64,000 nt of DNA from an uncultured Candidatus Rokubacteria bacterium (GTDB lineage Bacteria > Methylomirabilota > Methylomirabilia > Rokubacteriales > CSP1-6): the NCBI GenBank assembly GCA_963758635.1, contig CAVWWD010000004.1, positions 32,001 to 96,000 of the forward strand. The letters are read 5' to 3'. A model generated the notes under the pieces. The model was not told the origin of the DNA and ran no database searches. It saw only the letters and a program-made list of their open reading frames with translations. Below are positions 21,289 through 31,597 of the stretch, one piece after another. Numbering within the stretch: position 1 is the first letter of the stretch; the number at the start of each line of letters is the position of its first letter. The position numbers were made by a program, and so were the translations under genes.

Positions 21289-22369
21289 ATGACCCAGCAC
21301 GCCACGACCACGGCCGTCGCCCAGGATTTCCACGACCGCATGCACGCCGCGCGCATCTACGGGCTCTGGGAGCTGGCGAGCCAGATGACGCGGCACCCGG
21401 AGCCGCAGGCGATCCCGTACATGTGGCCGGCCGCGCTGCTCGACGCCATGGTGAGCGAGGCGGCGGAGGTGGTGCCGGTGGGTGAAGAGCGGCGGGCGCT
21501 CCAGCTCTTCAACCCCGGGCTGGACGGCCGCTGGGCCACGACCAACACGATGATCGCCGCGGTGCAGATCCTCCTGCCCGGCGAGACGGCGCGCGCGCAC
21601 CGTCATACGCCCACCGCCATCCGCTTCATCATGGAAGGCGAGGGCGCCTACACCGCGGTCGACGGCGAGCGCGTCTACATGGCGCCCGGCGACCTCGTGC
21701 TCACGCCGAGCTGGGCGTGGCACGATCACGGCAACGAGACCGACCGCCGCGTGGTCTGGATGGACGGCCTCGACGTGCCGCTGGTCCAGGCCGTCAACGC
21801 CATGTTCTTCCAGATGTACGAGGAGCGGCAGGTGCCGCTCGACAAGGCGAACAATGCCTCCGCCGGCCTGCACGGCCATGCGGGCCTGCACCCCACGTGG
21901 GTGAAGGAGCGCCCGCGGTCGTCGCCGCTGCTGCTCTACTCGTGGGAGAAGACGTGGGCGGCGCTCCAGGAGCTCCGCGACGCCGCCGGCGACCCGCACG
22001 ACGGCGTGGCCCTCGAGTACACGCATCCGCAGACCGGACGATCGCTGCTGCCGACGATGGCGTGCTGGATCCAGATGCTGCGGCCGGGCGAGCGCCTCCG
22101 CGCCCATCGGCACACGGGCAGCGCCGTGTACTTCGTGGTCCGCGGCGAGGGCGAGACGGTCATCGACGGTTGCCGCTACGCGTGGGGTCCGGGCGACATC
22201 ATCACGCTGCCGTCGTGGGCCCTCCACGAGCACGCCAACCCCGGCCGCGAGCCCGCCGTGCTGTTCTCGATCCAGGATCGGCCGGTGCTGGAGGCGCTCG
22301 GCCTTCACCGCGAGGAGGCGACGGGGACGAGGCGGCCACCAGACCGTCACGTCCACGTTCAAGGCGTAG
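21289..22369 (+). CDS. Gentisate 1,2-dioxygenase-like bicupin
   Basis: AHRHTP.AIRF, WHDHGN, WMDGLDVP, second AHRHT; late indel, track stop at 22398. Confidence 0.85.
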
Positions 22370-22394
22370 CGCGGACGCCGGCGAGCCGCGAAGG

Positions 22395-23360
22395 ATGAAG
22401 TTCGGGTTCTCGCCGGTCCAGTCCGCGCGGACCTTCGAGTCGATGCGGGTCCAGGCCGAGCTGGCCGACGCGCTCGGCTTCGATACGCTGTGGATGCACG
22501 AGCACCACTCGGGCGCCACCCTCTACCCGTGCCCACTGACCGCGCTGGCCGCCGTCGCCGATCGGACACGCCGCATCCGCCTCGGCACCAACATGCTGCT
22601 GCTCCCGCTGGCCCATCCTGTGCGCGTTGCCCAGCAAGCGGCCATGCTGGACGTGCTGTCCGGCGGCCGGCTCGTTCTGGGGGTGAGCGCGGGCTACGCG
22701 GCCGACGAGTTCGCGGCGTTCGGCGCGAGCCTGAAGGAGCGCGGGCGGCGGATGGAAGAGGGCGTGGCGCTGATCCGCGCGCTCTGGACGCAGCCGGCCG
22801 TCACCGCGGACGGCCCGGGGTTCTCACTCCGCGATTTCGCGCTGTTCCCGCGCCCGTTCCAGCAGCCCCCTCCCATCTACATGGGCGCGGTGTCCAAGGC
22901 CGCGGTCCAGCGCGCGGCGCGGCTCGCCGACGGCTTCGTCCTCGGCGCGCCCACTCCACGGAGCGAGGTGCGCGCCCGGGTGGAGATGTACCGGCGTGAG
23001 CGTCCCGTGGGCGCGCCGCCGGGAGAGGTGGTTCTGAACCGCTTGGTCCAGGTAGTGCGTGACCGGCCGGCGAAGGTGGCGGCGGAGCGCTTCTTCACGG
23101 AGCGCTTCGTGCACTTCTATGGGCACTGGGGCCACGACGAGGTGCGAGACCTGGATGCGCCTGCCCGGGCGCCCGAGACCGCGGCTCGCGAGCACTTCGT
23201 CATCGGCGAGCCCGAGGAGTGCGCGGAGAGGATCCAGGAGTACGTCTCGATGGGCGTGTCCCACGTCGCGTGCCTGATGAACTTTGGCGGCCCCGACGTG
23301 GCCGCCGTCGATGCCTCGATGCGCCTCTTCGTCGAGCGAGTGATGCCACGTCTCGGATAG
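22395..23360 (+). CDS. LLM-class flavin-dependent oxidoreductase
   Basis: WMHEHH, LLPLAHPVRVA..LDVLSGGRL. Confidence 0.9.
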   Translation: MKFGFSPVQSARTFESMRVQAELADALGFDTLWMHEHHSGATLYPCPLTALAAVADRTRRIRLGTNMLLLPLAHPVRVAQQAAMLDVLSGGRLVLGVSAGYAADEFAAFGASLKERGRRMEEGVALIRALWTQPAVTADGPGFSLRDFALFPRPFQQPPPIYMGAVSKAAVQRAARLADGFVLGAPTPRSEVRARVEMYRRERPVGAPPGEVVLNRLVQVVRDRPAKVAAERFFTERFVHFYGHWGHDEVRDLDAPARAPETAAREHFVIGEPEECAERIQEYVSMGVSHVACLMNFGGPDVAAVDASMRLFVERVMPRLG

Positions 23361-23451
23361 CAAGCTTCAACGGCACCCCGGAGAACAACGGCATCATCTT
23401 CGTTCTCCGCGAGACGGACAGGTGACCGTAAGCCGGCAGAACTACCAGTCC

Positions 23452-23868
23452 CTACCCACCCGCAGCCTTGTCGGTAAAACCCTGGTCCAGTTCGGACAGG
23501 GTCTCGGCGAGCAACGCCTGGACCTCTGGCCTCTGTCCCGCGGCCATCTTCTCTCGAATGAGCGGGCGGCTGTCCCCGAGGTTCGCCAGGACCGTGCAGA
23601 GGGCGTCGACGTAGGCCAGTGGGTCGGGAGACCAGTTCGCCCGGATGCCGCTGATCACCTCACGGGCCAACGCCGGATCGAGGGACGAGTGCATGTCCGA
23701 CAGCCGCGTTGCGATGAGGTCGACCAGGGCCTCGGCCACCTCGACCCCCCAGGTCCGGTTGGCGTTCGCGTAATCGAGCAATTCCCGCACGAACGCGTGG
23801 ACCGTCTGCGGGTCGAGGATCGTCGGCTCGCGGCTGTAGTCCCTGGGTAGTCGATTCACAGGCATCAA
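23452..23868 (-). CDS. Hypothetical protein
   Basis: 138-aa ORF with protein-like composition; GAGGTG upstream; no recognised domain. Confidence 0.55.
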   Translation of the reverse strand: MMPVNRLPRDYSREPTILDPQTVHAFVRELLDYANANRTWGVEVAEALVDLIATRLSDMHSSLDPALAREVISGIRANWSPDPLAYVDALCTVLANLGDSRPLIREKMAAGQRPEVQALLAETLSELDQGFTDKAAGG

Positions 23869-24123
23869 GCACCTCTATTGGGAGCCGTGTAGCACCGCGC
23901 CTTGGTGTAGGATAGGGCGCCTTGGCCAGGCTTCGAGGGCTCCCGAGACAGTTCCGAGGAGAGGCCCATGAGCGAGCTCGGCTCCCACCGTAGGCATTCC
24001 GGCCTCACGAGGTACCGCCTCCCGGGCTTCCCCCGCTCGCTGCCCGCGCCCACGTCCACCGAAACGCACGCCACGCCCGTCGCCGGAGAGCACCGCCCGA
24101 GCGCAGTCCCGAGGAGGACCGCC

Positions 24124-25731
24124 ATGAGAGGACGGCTTTGGTTCGGTGCGCTGATCGTCGCGATGGCGGCCACCGCGCTCGGCCCGGCGCCCGAGGCCGC
24201 GGCCCGCCCGGAAGGGACGCTCACCGTCGCGGTGGCCACCTTCGGCAACGAGCGCTGGCTGCCGCACCTCTACGTCGGCGCCGAGGACGTGGTCCTCAAG
24301 CCCATGTACGAGAACCTCCTCACGCGCGACCAGAAGGGCGAGCTCGCCCCGATGCTCGCCGAGCGCTGGCAGGTGCTTGACGGCGGGAAGACGTGGCGGT
24401 TCCACCTGCGCAAGGGCGTCCAGTTCCACGGCGGCCGCGGCGAGCTGACGGCCGAGGACGTCCGGTTCACCTTCGCGTCCATCGCCAAGGACGGCTCGGC
24501 CAACTCGCTGGCCACGGAGTTCCGCCTGATCAAGAGCATGGAGGTCGAGGGTCCGCACACCCTCACGGTGCGCTTCGAGCAGCCGTCGGTCGTGTTCGGC
24601 AACAAGGTGACCCAGGGCCTCTTCGCCTCCTCCGCCTTCATCCAGTCCAAGCGCCACGTCGAGGCGGGCGAGCAAGGCGCCGAGCGCCAGCCCACGGGGA
24701 CGGGCCCGTGGAAGTTCGTGGAGCACGTGCGCGGCGACCGCATCGTGTACGAGGCGGTCGAGGGGCACTGGCGGGCCACGCCCCACTGGAAGCGTCTCGT
24801 GTTCATCAAGGTGCCCGAGCCGGCCACGCGGATGGCCATGCTGCGGGCGGGCAGCGTGGACGTGATCGAGGTCGGCGGCGAGTACGTCGACGAGCTCAAG
24901 AAGGTCGGGGTGCGGACGATCCTCATGCCCAACGTGTCGTGGGTGTACATCATCCTCGGCGGGCAGTGGGCGACCAAGCCCACCTACGATCCCAAGGTGC
25001 CGTGGGCGCAGCCCGACGCCGAAAAGGCGCGAAAGGTCCGGCTTGCCCTCAACCTGGCCGTGGACAAGCAGGCGATCATGCAGCGGGTGATGGGCGGCCT
25101 GGGCACGGTCGTGGGCTCGTGGCTGGCCTACCCCAACGACCCGTGGGCCTCGGACGCCCTGAAGAAGCCCATCCCCTACGACCCCGCGCGGGCCAAGGCG
25201 CTGCTCGCGGAGGCAGGGTATCCCAGCGGCTTCGACGTGACCATGAACCTGACGGCGTGGCCAGGCCGCGGGTACCTCCCCGACGTGGGCGAGGCCGTGG
25301 CGACCTACTGGGAGAGAGTGGGCCTCCGGGTGAAGCGCCGTCCGGTGGACCGGGCCGTGTTCTCCGCGGACTTCCGCGCCCGGGCCTACTCGGGCGTGGC
25401 CCTGGCCTACGCCGCGCCGCTGGTGGCCCCCGAGAGCTGGGAGGTCATGATCCGCGCAGCCCACACCAAGGCCGCGCTCAGCCTGTTCATGGAGCACCCC
25501 AAGCTCGACGAGTTCCTCGACCGGCTCGCCACGCAGGCGAGCTACCAGGAGCGGGTGCGCATCATGCGCGACGAGATGGGCCCCTGGCTCCACGACTACA
25601 TCCCCGGGGTCGCGATCGGCGCGGCCCACGCCATTGCCGGCGTCGGGGCGAAGGTGGGGGAGTGGCCGCTCATTCCCGGCCACATGGGCTTCCACAACTG
25701 GGAATACGTCACCCGCGCGGCCGCCCGGTGA
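24124..25731 (+). CDS. ABC family-5 (peptide/nickel-type) substrate-binding protein
   Basis: Signal peptide, PMLAERW, LRKGVQFH, GTGPWKF. Confidence 0.9.
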   Translation: MRGRLWFGALIVAMAATALGPAPEAAARPEGTLTVAVATFGNERWLPHLYVGAEDVVLKPMYENLLTRDQKGELAPMLAERWQVLDGGKTWRFHLRKGVQFHGGRGELTAEDVRFTFASIAKDGSANSLATEFRLIKSMEVEGPHTLTVRFEQPSVVFGNKVTQGLFASSAFIQSKRHVEAGEQGAERQPTGTGPWKFVEHVRGDRIVYEAVEGHWRATPHWKRLVFIKVPEPATRMAMLRAGSVDVIEVGGEYVDELKKVGVRTILMPNVSWVYIILGGQWATKPTYDPKVPWAQPDAEKARKVRLALNLAVDKQAIMQRVMGGLGTVVGSWLAYPNDPWASDALKKPIPYDPARAKALLAEAGYPSGFDVTMNLTAWPGRGYLPDVGEAVATYWERVGLRVKRRPVDRAVFSADFRARAYSGVALAYAAPLVAPESWEVMIRAAHTKAALSLFMEHPKLDEFLDRLATQASYQERVRIMRDEMGPWLHDYIPGVAIGAAHAIAGVGAKVGEWPLIPGHMGFHNWEYVTRAAAR

Positions 25732-25759
25732 GAGCGGCCGCGGCGGAAAGGAGGAGGAC

Positions 25760-27359
25760 ATGAGGCGGCGACTGTTCTTCGTGGTGGCGCTCGCGATCGC
25801 GTTCGGCTTGACGCTGGCCGCGGGGCCCGCCGCCGCCGCGCGGCCGGAAGGGACGCTGACCGTTGCCGTGGCGACCTTCGGCAACGAGCGCTGGCTGCCG
25901 CACCTGTACGTCGGGGCGGAAGACGTCGTCCTCAAGCCGCTGTGGGAGAACCTCCTCAACCGCGACACCAAGGGCAACCTCACGCCGATGCTCGCCGAGC
26001 GCTGGGAGATGACGGACGGCGGCCGCACGTGGAAGTTCCACCTGCGCAAGGGCGTCCGCTTCCACAACGGCGCCGAGATGACGGCCGAGGACGTGAAGTT
26101 CACCTTCACCATGATGGCGCGGGACGGCTCGGCCAACTCGCTCGCCCCCGAGTTCCGCCTCATCAAGAGCATGGAGGTCGAGGGCCCGCACGTCATCAGC
26201 ATCCGCTTCGAGAAGCCCTTCGTGACCTTCGGCAACCGGATCACCCACGGCCTCTTCTCCTCGATGGCGTACGTCCAGTCGAAGAAGCACATCGAGGCGG
26301 GTGAAGACGGCGCCGAGCGGCTGCCCATCGGCACCGGGCCCTGGAAGTTCGTGGAGCACGTGCGCGGCGATCGCATCGTGTACGAGGCGGTGGAGAACCA
26401 CTGGCGGGCCACGCCGAACTGGAAGCGGCTCGTCTTCGTGAAGGTGCCGGAGCCGGCCACGCGGATGGCCATGCTGCGGGCGGGCAGCGTCGACGTGATC
26501 GAGGTCGGCGGGGAGTACGTGGCCGAGCTGAAGGCCGTGGGGCTCCGCACGATCACGATGCCCAACGTGTCCGCGGTGTGGGTGATCTTCGGCGGCCAGT
26601 GGCCCACGAAGCCGACCTACGATCCGAAGGTGCCGTGGGCCCAGCCCGACGCCGAGCGCGCGCGGAAGGTGCGGCTGGCCCTCAACCTCGCGGTGGACAA
26701 GAGGGCCATCGTCCAGCAGGTGCTGGGCGGCCTCGGCGCCGCCGTCGGCACCGTGAACTACTACCCGACCGACCCGTGGGCGACGGAGGCCCTGCTCCGG
26801 CCGATCCCCTACGACCCCGCGCGAGCGAAGGCCCTCCTCGCCGAGGCCGGCTATCCCGCCGGCTTCGAGCATCACCATGAACCTGACGGCGTGGCCCGGC
26901 CGCGGGTTCCTGCCCGACGTCGGCGAGGCGGTGGCGACCTACTGGGAAAAGATCGGGCTGAAGGTGAAGCGGCGCCCCGTCGACCGCGCCGTCTTCGCCG
27001 GCGACTTCCGGAAGCGCTCGTACCCGGGCGTGGCCCTCGCGTACGCGGGCCCCATCATCGCCCCCGAGCCGTGGGAGCTGTTCGCGCGCATCGCCCACTC
27101 GAAGGCCGCCGTGCACCTGCTCTTCGAGCATCCGAAGATGGACGCCTTCCTCGATCGCCTGGGCGCCGAGCCGAGCGCGGCGGAGCGGACGCGGATCATG
27201 CGCGAGGAGATGGGCCCGTGGCTGCACGAGCACATGCCCGCCATCAGCATCGCCGCGACCCACTCGATCGCCGGCGTCGGGCCGAAGGTCGGCGAGTGGC
27301 CGCTGATCCCCGGGCACATGGGCCTGCACAACTGGGAATACGTGGCGCGGGGCAAGTAA
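25760..27359 (+). CDS. ABC family-5 substrate-binding protein, tandem paralog (frameshift ~26870)
   Basis: Same motifs as the preceding gene; C-terminus in the 26877..27359 frame. Confidence 0.9.
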
Positions 27360-27368
27360 GCGTCGATC

Positions 27369-28289
27369 ATGTGGCTCTACCTCGCGGGGCGGCTCGGGCA
27401 GACGCTGGTGAGCATGCTCGTGGTCATCAGCATCGTCTTCGTGCTCACGCGGATGTCGGGCAACCCCATCCACCTCCTCCTCAACGTCAACGCCACCGAG
27501 CGCGACCAGGAGATCCTCACGCGCCACCTCGGCCTCGACAAGCCGTTGCCCGTCCAGTACGTCATCTACGTCAAGAACATCGCGCGTGGTGACTTCGGCA
27601 ACTCCGTCCTCACACGCCGCCCCGTCCTCGAGCACCTCTGGGAGCGCTTGCCCGCCACCATCGAGCTAGGCTTCTGCGCGATGTTCCTGAGCGTGCTCAT
27701 CGGCGTCCCCCTCGGCATGTACTCCGCGGTCCGCCGGGGCGGGATCATGGACATGGCCGCGCGCACCTTCGCCGTGCTCGGCCAGTCCATGCCCGCGTTC
27801 TGGCTGGGGCTCATGCTCATCCTGCTGTTCGGCGTGGTGCTGGGGGTGCTGCCCGCGGGCGGGCGAGGGGACATCCAGCACCTGGTCCTGCCCGCCTTCA
27901 CGCTCGGCTACTTCACCTCGGCGGCCATCCTGCGCCTCACCCGCTCCAGCATGCTCGAGGTGCTCGGCTCCGACTACATCAAGTTCGCGCGGCTCAAGGG
28001 GCTGCACGAGCAGGTGGTGCTCTGGAAGCACGGGCTGAAGAACGCGCTGCTCCCCGTGATCACCTTCGCGGTCCTGCTCTTCGTGCAGTTCCTCGGGGGG
28101 GCGGTGGTCACCGAGACGGTGTTCGCCTGGCCGGGGCTCGGGCGCCTCATTTTGGAGTCCGTCACCACGCGGGACTACCCGATCGTGCAGGCCGGCGTGC
28201 TGGTGCTCAGCTCGCTCTACCTGTTCGGCAACCTCTGCGTGGACCTCCTCTACAGCTACCTGAACCCGAGGATCCGCCGTGCGGGGTAG
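27369..28289 (+). CDS. ABC permease (DppB/OppB-like)
   Basis: GDFGNS, ARLKGL, ETVFAWPGLG, RDYP. Confidence 0.9.
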   Translation: MWLYLAGRLGQTLVSMLVVISIVFVLTRMSGNPIHLLLNVNATERDQEILTRHLGLDKPLPVQYVIYVKNIARGDFGNSVLTRRPVLEHLWERLPATIELGFCAMFLSVLIGVPLGMYSAVRRGGIMDMAARTFAVLGQSMPAFWLGLMLILLFGVVLGVLPAGGRGDIQHLVLPAFTLGYFTSAAILRLTRSSMLEVLGSDYIKFARLKGLHEQVVLWKHGLKNALLPVITFAVLLFVQFLGGAVVTETVFAWPGLGRLILESVTTRDYPIVQAGVLVLSSLYLFGNLCVDLLYSYLNPRIRRAG

Positions 28290-29202
28290 ACAGCTCCCCT
28301 GGTTCGCCGGCAGCATCCTGCTCGCCCTCGTCCTGACCGCGGCCTTCGCCAACGTCCTCGCCCCCCGAAGCCCCACGGACGGCGACATCAGCACCAAGCT
28401 GATCCCGCCCGTCTGGATGGAGCGAGGCACGTGGGAGCATCCGCTCGGGAGCGACCGCTTCGGGCGCGACGTGCTGAGCCGCATCATCTACGGCAGCCGG
28501 ATCTCGCTCGCCGTGTCGCTCATCGCCATCGGGGTGGCGGGCACGTTCGGCACCCTCCTCGGGCTGATCTCCGGCTACCGGGGCGGCCTCACCGACGCCC
28601 TCCTCATGCGGCTGACCGACATCGGCCTCTCGCTGCCGACGATCCTGATCGCCGTGGTGCTCGTGGCGGTGTCCGAGCCGAGCTTCCGGAACGTCATCCT
28701 GGTGATCGCGCTCCTGCTCTGGCCGCGCTTCGCGCGCCAGGTGCGCGGGGAGACGCTCGGGATCAAGGAGCAGGACTTCGTGGCGCTCGCGGTGGTGGCC
28801 GGGCGGTCGAGCGCCTGGATCATCCGGCGCCACATCTTCCCCAACGTGGTGCCGACGCTCCTCGTGATCTCGACGCTGCAGGTGGGCTACGTGGTCCTCC
28901 TCGAGGGCACCCTGTCCTTCCTCGGCGTGGGCGTCCCGCCGCCGAATCCGGCCTGGGGGCTGATGATCGCGGACGGGCGCGGATTCCTCGCCACCGCGTG
29001 GTGGATCACGCTGTTCCCGGGCCTGGCGATGCTCCTCACCGTGCTCGCGGTGAACCTCATGGGCGACTGGCTGCGCGACCACCTGGATCCCAAGCTCCGC
29101 CAGCTCGGCGCCCGCGCCACGGTGCTGGAGGCGCCGACCTCGGCCGCCATCGGACCCGCGGTGACCGAGGCGCCGGCGCGGGGCGCCCTCTCGGGCGATT
29201 GA
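28279..29202 (+). CDS. ABC permease (DppC/OppC-like)
   Basis: HPLGSDRFGRDVLSR, LSFLGVG, GDWLRDHLDP. Confidence 0.9.
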   Translation: MRGRQLPWFAGSILLALVLTAAFANVLAPRSPTDGDISTKLIPPVWMERGTWEHPLGSDRFGRDVLSRIIYGSRISLAVSLIAIGVAGTFGTLLGLISGYRGGLTDALLMRLTDIGLSLPTILIAVVLVAVSEPSFRNVILVIALLLWPRFARQVRGETLGIKEQDFVALAVVAGRSSAWIIRRHIFPNVVPTLLVISTLQVGYVVLLEGTLSFLGVGVPPPNPAWGLMIADGRGFLATAWWITLFPGLAMLLTVLAVNLMGDWLRDHLDPKLRQLGARATVLEAPTSAAIGPAVTEAPARGALSGD

Positions 29203-29228
29203 CCGCCCCGGTAGCGATTGTCTTGGGT

Positions 29229-29618
29229 TCAGCCTCGGAGGTAGACGCTCGGCGGAAGGATGAGCACTCCGGCGATGGTCCGACCGTAGTAGGGCCCGAA
29301 GTGGGTTCGATCACCAGTCAGGAGATGCGTGGCCTGCGCGGCCATCGCCGCCAGGAAGATCACCTGGTCGTCCGGCGGCAGCACCAGCCCCTCGGGCACG
29401 AGGGCAGCGGCCGGGCTCGGGACGAGCTCGCACCTGCGCACCAGCGCCTCCAGTCGCTGGCGCTGATCGTCCTCGGACAGATTGCGCCGCGCCTCGTCCA
29501 CCGCGTACGCGGAGGTGAGGAGGGCCGCGCCGGGGCGGCGCCACAAGACGACGAGACCGGCATCGGGGCGATAGGCGGCCGAGAACAGCACATTGGCATC
29601 GAGAAAGACCCGATCCAC
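29229..29618 (-). CDS. PIN-domain (VapC-like) toxin
   Basis: VFLDANVLFSA, E..RN, DD..FL, LLTGD..HF. Confidence 0.85.
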   Translation of the reverse strand: MDRVFLDANVLFSAAYRPDAGLVVLWRRPGAALLTSAYAVDEARRNLSEDDQRQRLEALVRRCELVPSPAAALVPEGLVLPPDDQVIFLAAMAAQATHLLTGDRTHFGPYYGRTIAGVLILPPSVYLRG

Positions 29619-29633
29619 CGCGCGCGACGGGCG

Positions 29634-29966
29634 TCAGCGCGGGCGCGGTCGCTGGTGAGCGATGGTCCGGGGATCGATGCCGAGCTTCCTGACGGCCAGG
29701 ACGGCTTTGCGGTAGTCTCGCGCATTCACAGCGTTCGAAAGGAGGAACTCGGCGACGCGGGCCGGCGTGTAGATCTCGACCGGCACGGCGACGGCCGGGC
29801 GAATGAGGATACCGTCGTCACGCTCCTCGGCTATGACCAACGAGCCCTCCTCGATCCCGAACTTGCGTCGCATCCGGGCGGGGACGACGATGGCGCCACG
29901 CTTGCCGACCCGGCTCGTCTCGGCCCGGGCCGTGGCCGGCTTTCTGACTGTCGGATTGTCGGGCAT
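29634..29966 (-). CDS. AbrB/MazE-family antitoxin
   Basis: RVGKRGAIVVPARMRRKFGIEEG, directly upstream of the PIN gene. Confidence 0.85.
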   Translation of the reverse strand: MPDNPTVRKPATARAETSRVGKRGAIVVPARMRRKFGIEEGSLVIAEERDDGILIRPAVAVPVEIYTPARVAEFLLSNAVNARDYRKAVLAVRKLGIDPRTIAHQRPRPR

Positions 29967-30200
29967 CGAGCCCAGTGTAGCGGCGCGGCGCCGACCGGGC
30001 AAGGTGAGACCGGGGATCCGCGCCGGCTCCGGGAGTGTGAGACGAGGCGCGGCGCCCGGGGGACCGCGCGGTCGAACTGCCTCCGTGTCACCCTGGGTTC
30101 GCGGCGCATGCGCTGCACCTGCTCGGCAACGTCGCGAACCATCTCGGAACTCAGGCATCACGTGTGGCCGTTCGCACGAGGAGCGGCCGATCGGAAGGGG

Positions 30201-30422
30201 CTACGGACTCGTGGTTTCGAGCGGGAGCCTCTGGATGATGATACTGGAGAGGTCAGAGGGGCTGAGTCGCTTGCTAGCGTCGAGAATCTCGAGACCGACG
30301 ATGTGCCGGTTCTCGTCGACGTCCACCGTGACGCCGTCCTCGATGTCGATGTTGTCGTCGACGCGAGCCTCACGGATCAGGATGTACAGCGCGTCGGCCT
30401 CGGGGTCGTACTCGATTCTCAT
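30201..30422 (-). CDS. DUF2283 protein (putative antitoxin)
   Basis: MRIEYDPEADALYI..IVGLEILDAS. Confidence 0.85.
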   Translation of the reverse strand: MRIEYDPEADALYILIREARVDDNIDIEDGVTVDVDENRHIVGLEILDASKRLSPSDLSSIIIQRLPLETTSP

Positions 30423-30667
30423 GCCTGCCCCATCCTCCCCGGAGGTCTCCGCTTGAAGACAGCGGAGATCACGATGATGCGCTCCAGCTCCTCCCTGTAC
30501 GTCACTCGAAGGAACCGATCCGCGACTTGCTTCCAGCGATTCATCCGGCCCGCCACTGACGGGTCTTCCCAGTCGGGAGCCTGTAGCGTCGTGTGGATGA
30601 GATCCTCGCTGATCTGGTGCCACCGCATCCGGTTGCGCGCGTGCCGCGTGAGCCGGATCGCTTTCAC
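30419..30667 (-). CDS. DUF4258 protein (putative toxin)
   Basis: RLTRHARNRM..LRVTY..IIVISA; ATGA overlap with DUF2283. Confidence 0.8.
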   Translation of the reverse strand: MKAIRLTRHARNRMRWHQISEDLIHTTLQAPDWEDPSVAGRMNRWKQVADRFLRVTYREELERIIVISAVFKRRPPGRMGQA

Positions 30668-30729
30668 TGCGGAAGTATATCGGCAATTCGAGACCGCGCC
30701 AAGCGGCAGCGGGCTGAAGCCGGCAAACG

Positions 30730-30925
30730 TGAAGAAGGGGTTCATCGCCGTGAAGGCACTGGGCCCTGTGCCGGCGAAAGGGCTTGGCAATCCGGTGGCG
30801 GTCAACGAGGCTACGGGCGCGGGCCCGGCGAGAACGCGCCTGCTGGCGGCGGCCGCGGGGGCTGACGCGCTTCGTCTGGCGCAGGAGTTCGCGGGCAGCG
30901 GTCACGGTCAGGTGGCGCGGGGTGA
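30730..30925 (+). pseudogene. Fragment of a class III cyclase-STAND ATPase gene
   Basis: GFIAVKALGPVPAKGL..PVAV.E.TGAGPARTRL.AAA.GLTRFV..GHGQV linker only. Confidence 0.6.
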
Positions 30926-30946
30926 TGTGAATGCGGGGGGCGGAGC

Positions 30947-31573
30947 ATGAGCACGCGACGGCTCGATCCCGATCGCGAGGCGCGATTCTGGGATGGAGCG
31001 GCACACGCGACAAGGTTCTTCATGGGTGAGGCGGACGTCCAGAGAGCCCTCGACAAGATCACGCGCCTCCTCGACGGTGCCCGGATCCCGTACGCCATCG
31101 TCGGCGCCATGGCGCTCAACGAGTATGGCTATCGGCGCGCGACGGTCAACGTCGACCTCCTGCTGACACTGCAGGGGCTCGAATCGCTCAGGGCCCTGGC
31201 GCTCGGCCATGGCTACACGGAGCAATTCCCGGGCAGTCGAGGGTTGCGCGACGTCGAGCATGGGGTCCCGATCGACGTCCTCGTTACGGGTGAGTATCCG
31301 GGCGACGGCCGGCCCAAGTCCGTGAAGTTTCCGGATCCGGCCGAGGTGGCCATTCGTGGTGTTCGTGCCGCGCTCCTGCCCCTGCCACGACTCGTGGATC
31401 TCAAGCTCGCGTCGGGGATCAGCGCGGCCCATCGCCTGCGTGACCTTGCCGACGTGCTCGAGCTCATCCGCGCCGCCGGCCTGCCCGCCGAACTGGCCAA
31501 TGAGCTGGACCCATCCGTCCGAGAGAAGTACCTCGAGCTCTGGCGTGCGGCCCAGACGGCCGATCGCCACTGA
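30947..31573 (+). CDS. Nucleotidyltransferase-fold protein (AbiEii/DUF6036-like)
   Basis: YAIVGAMAL..GYRRATVNVDLL, LKLASG, RDLADV. Confidence 0.7.
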   Translation: MSTRRLDPDREARFWDGAAHATRFFMGEADVQRALDKITRLLDGARIPYAIVGAMALNEYGYRRATVNVDLLLTLQGLESLRALALGHGYTEQFPGSRGLRDVEHGVPIDVLVTGEYPGDGRPKSVKFPDPAEVAIRGVRAALLPLPRLVDLKLASGISAAHRLRDLADVLELIRAAGLPAELANELDPSVREKYLELWRAAQTADRH

Positions 31574-31597
31574 CGCGGAAAGAGAGGAGACACCACC

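Noticed and set aside
30090..30180. Possible attC after DUF2283 (TGCGAAC...GCAGGTGCAGC on minus)
   Set aside because: Too degenerate; no GTT core or convincing pairing.
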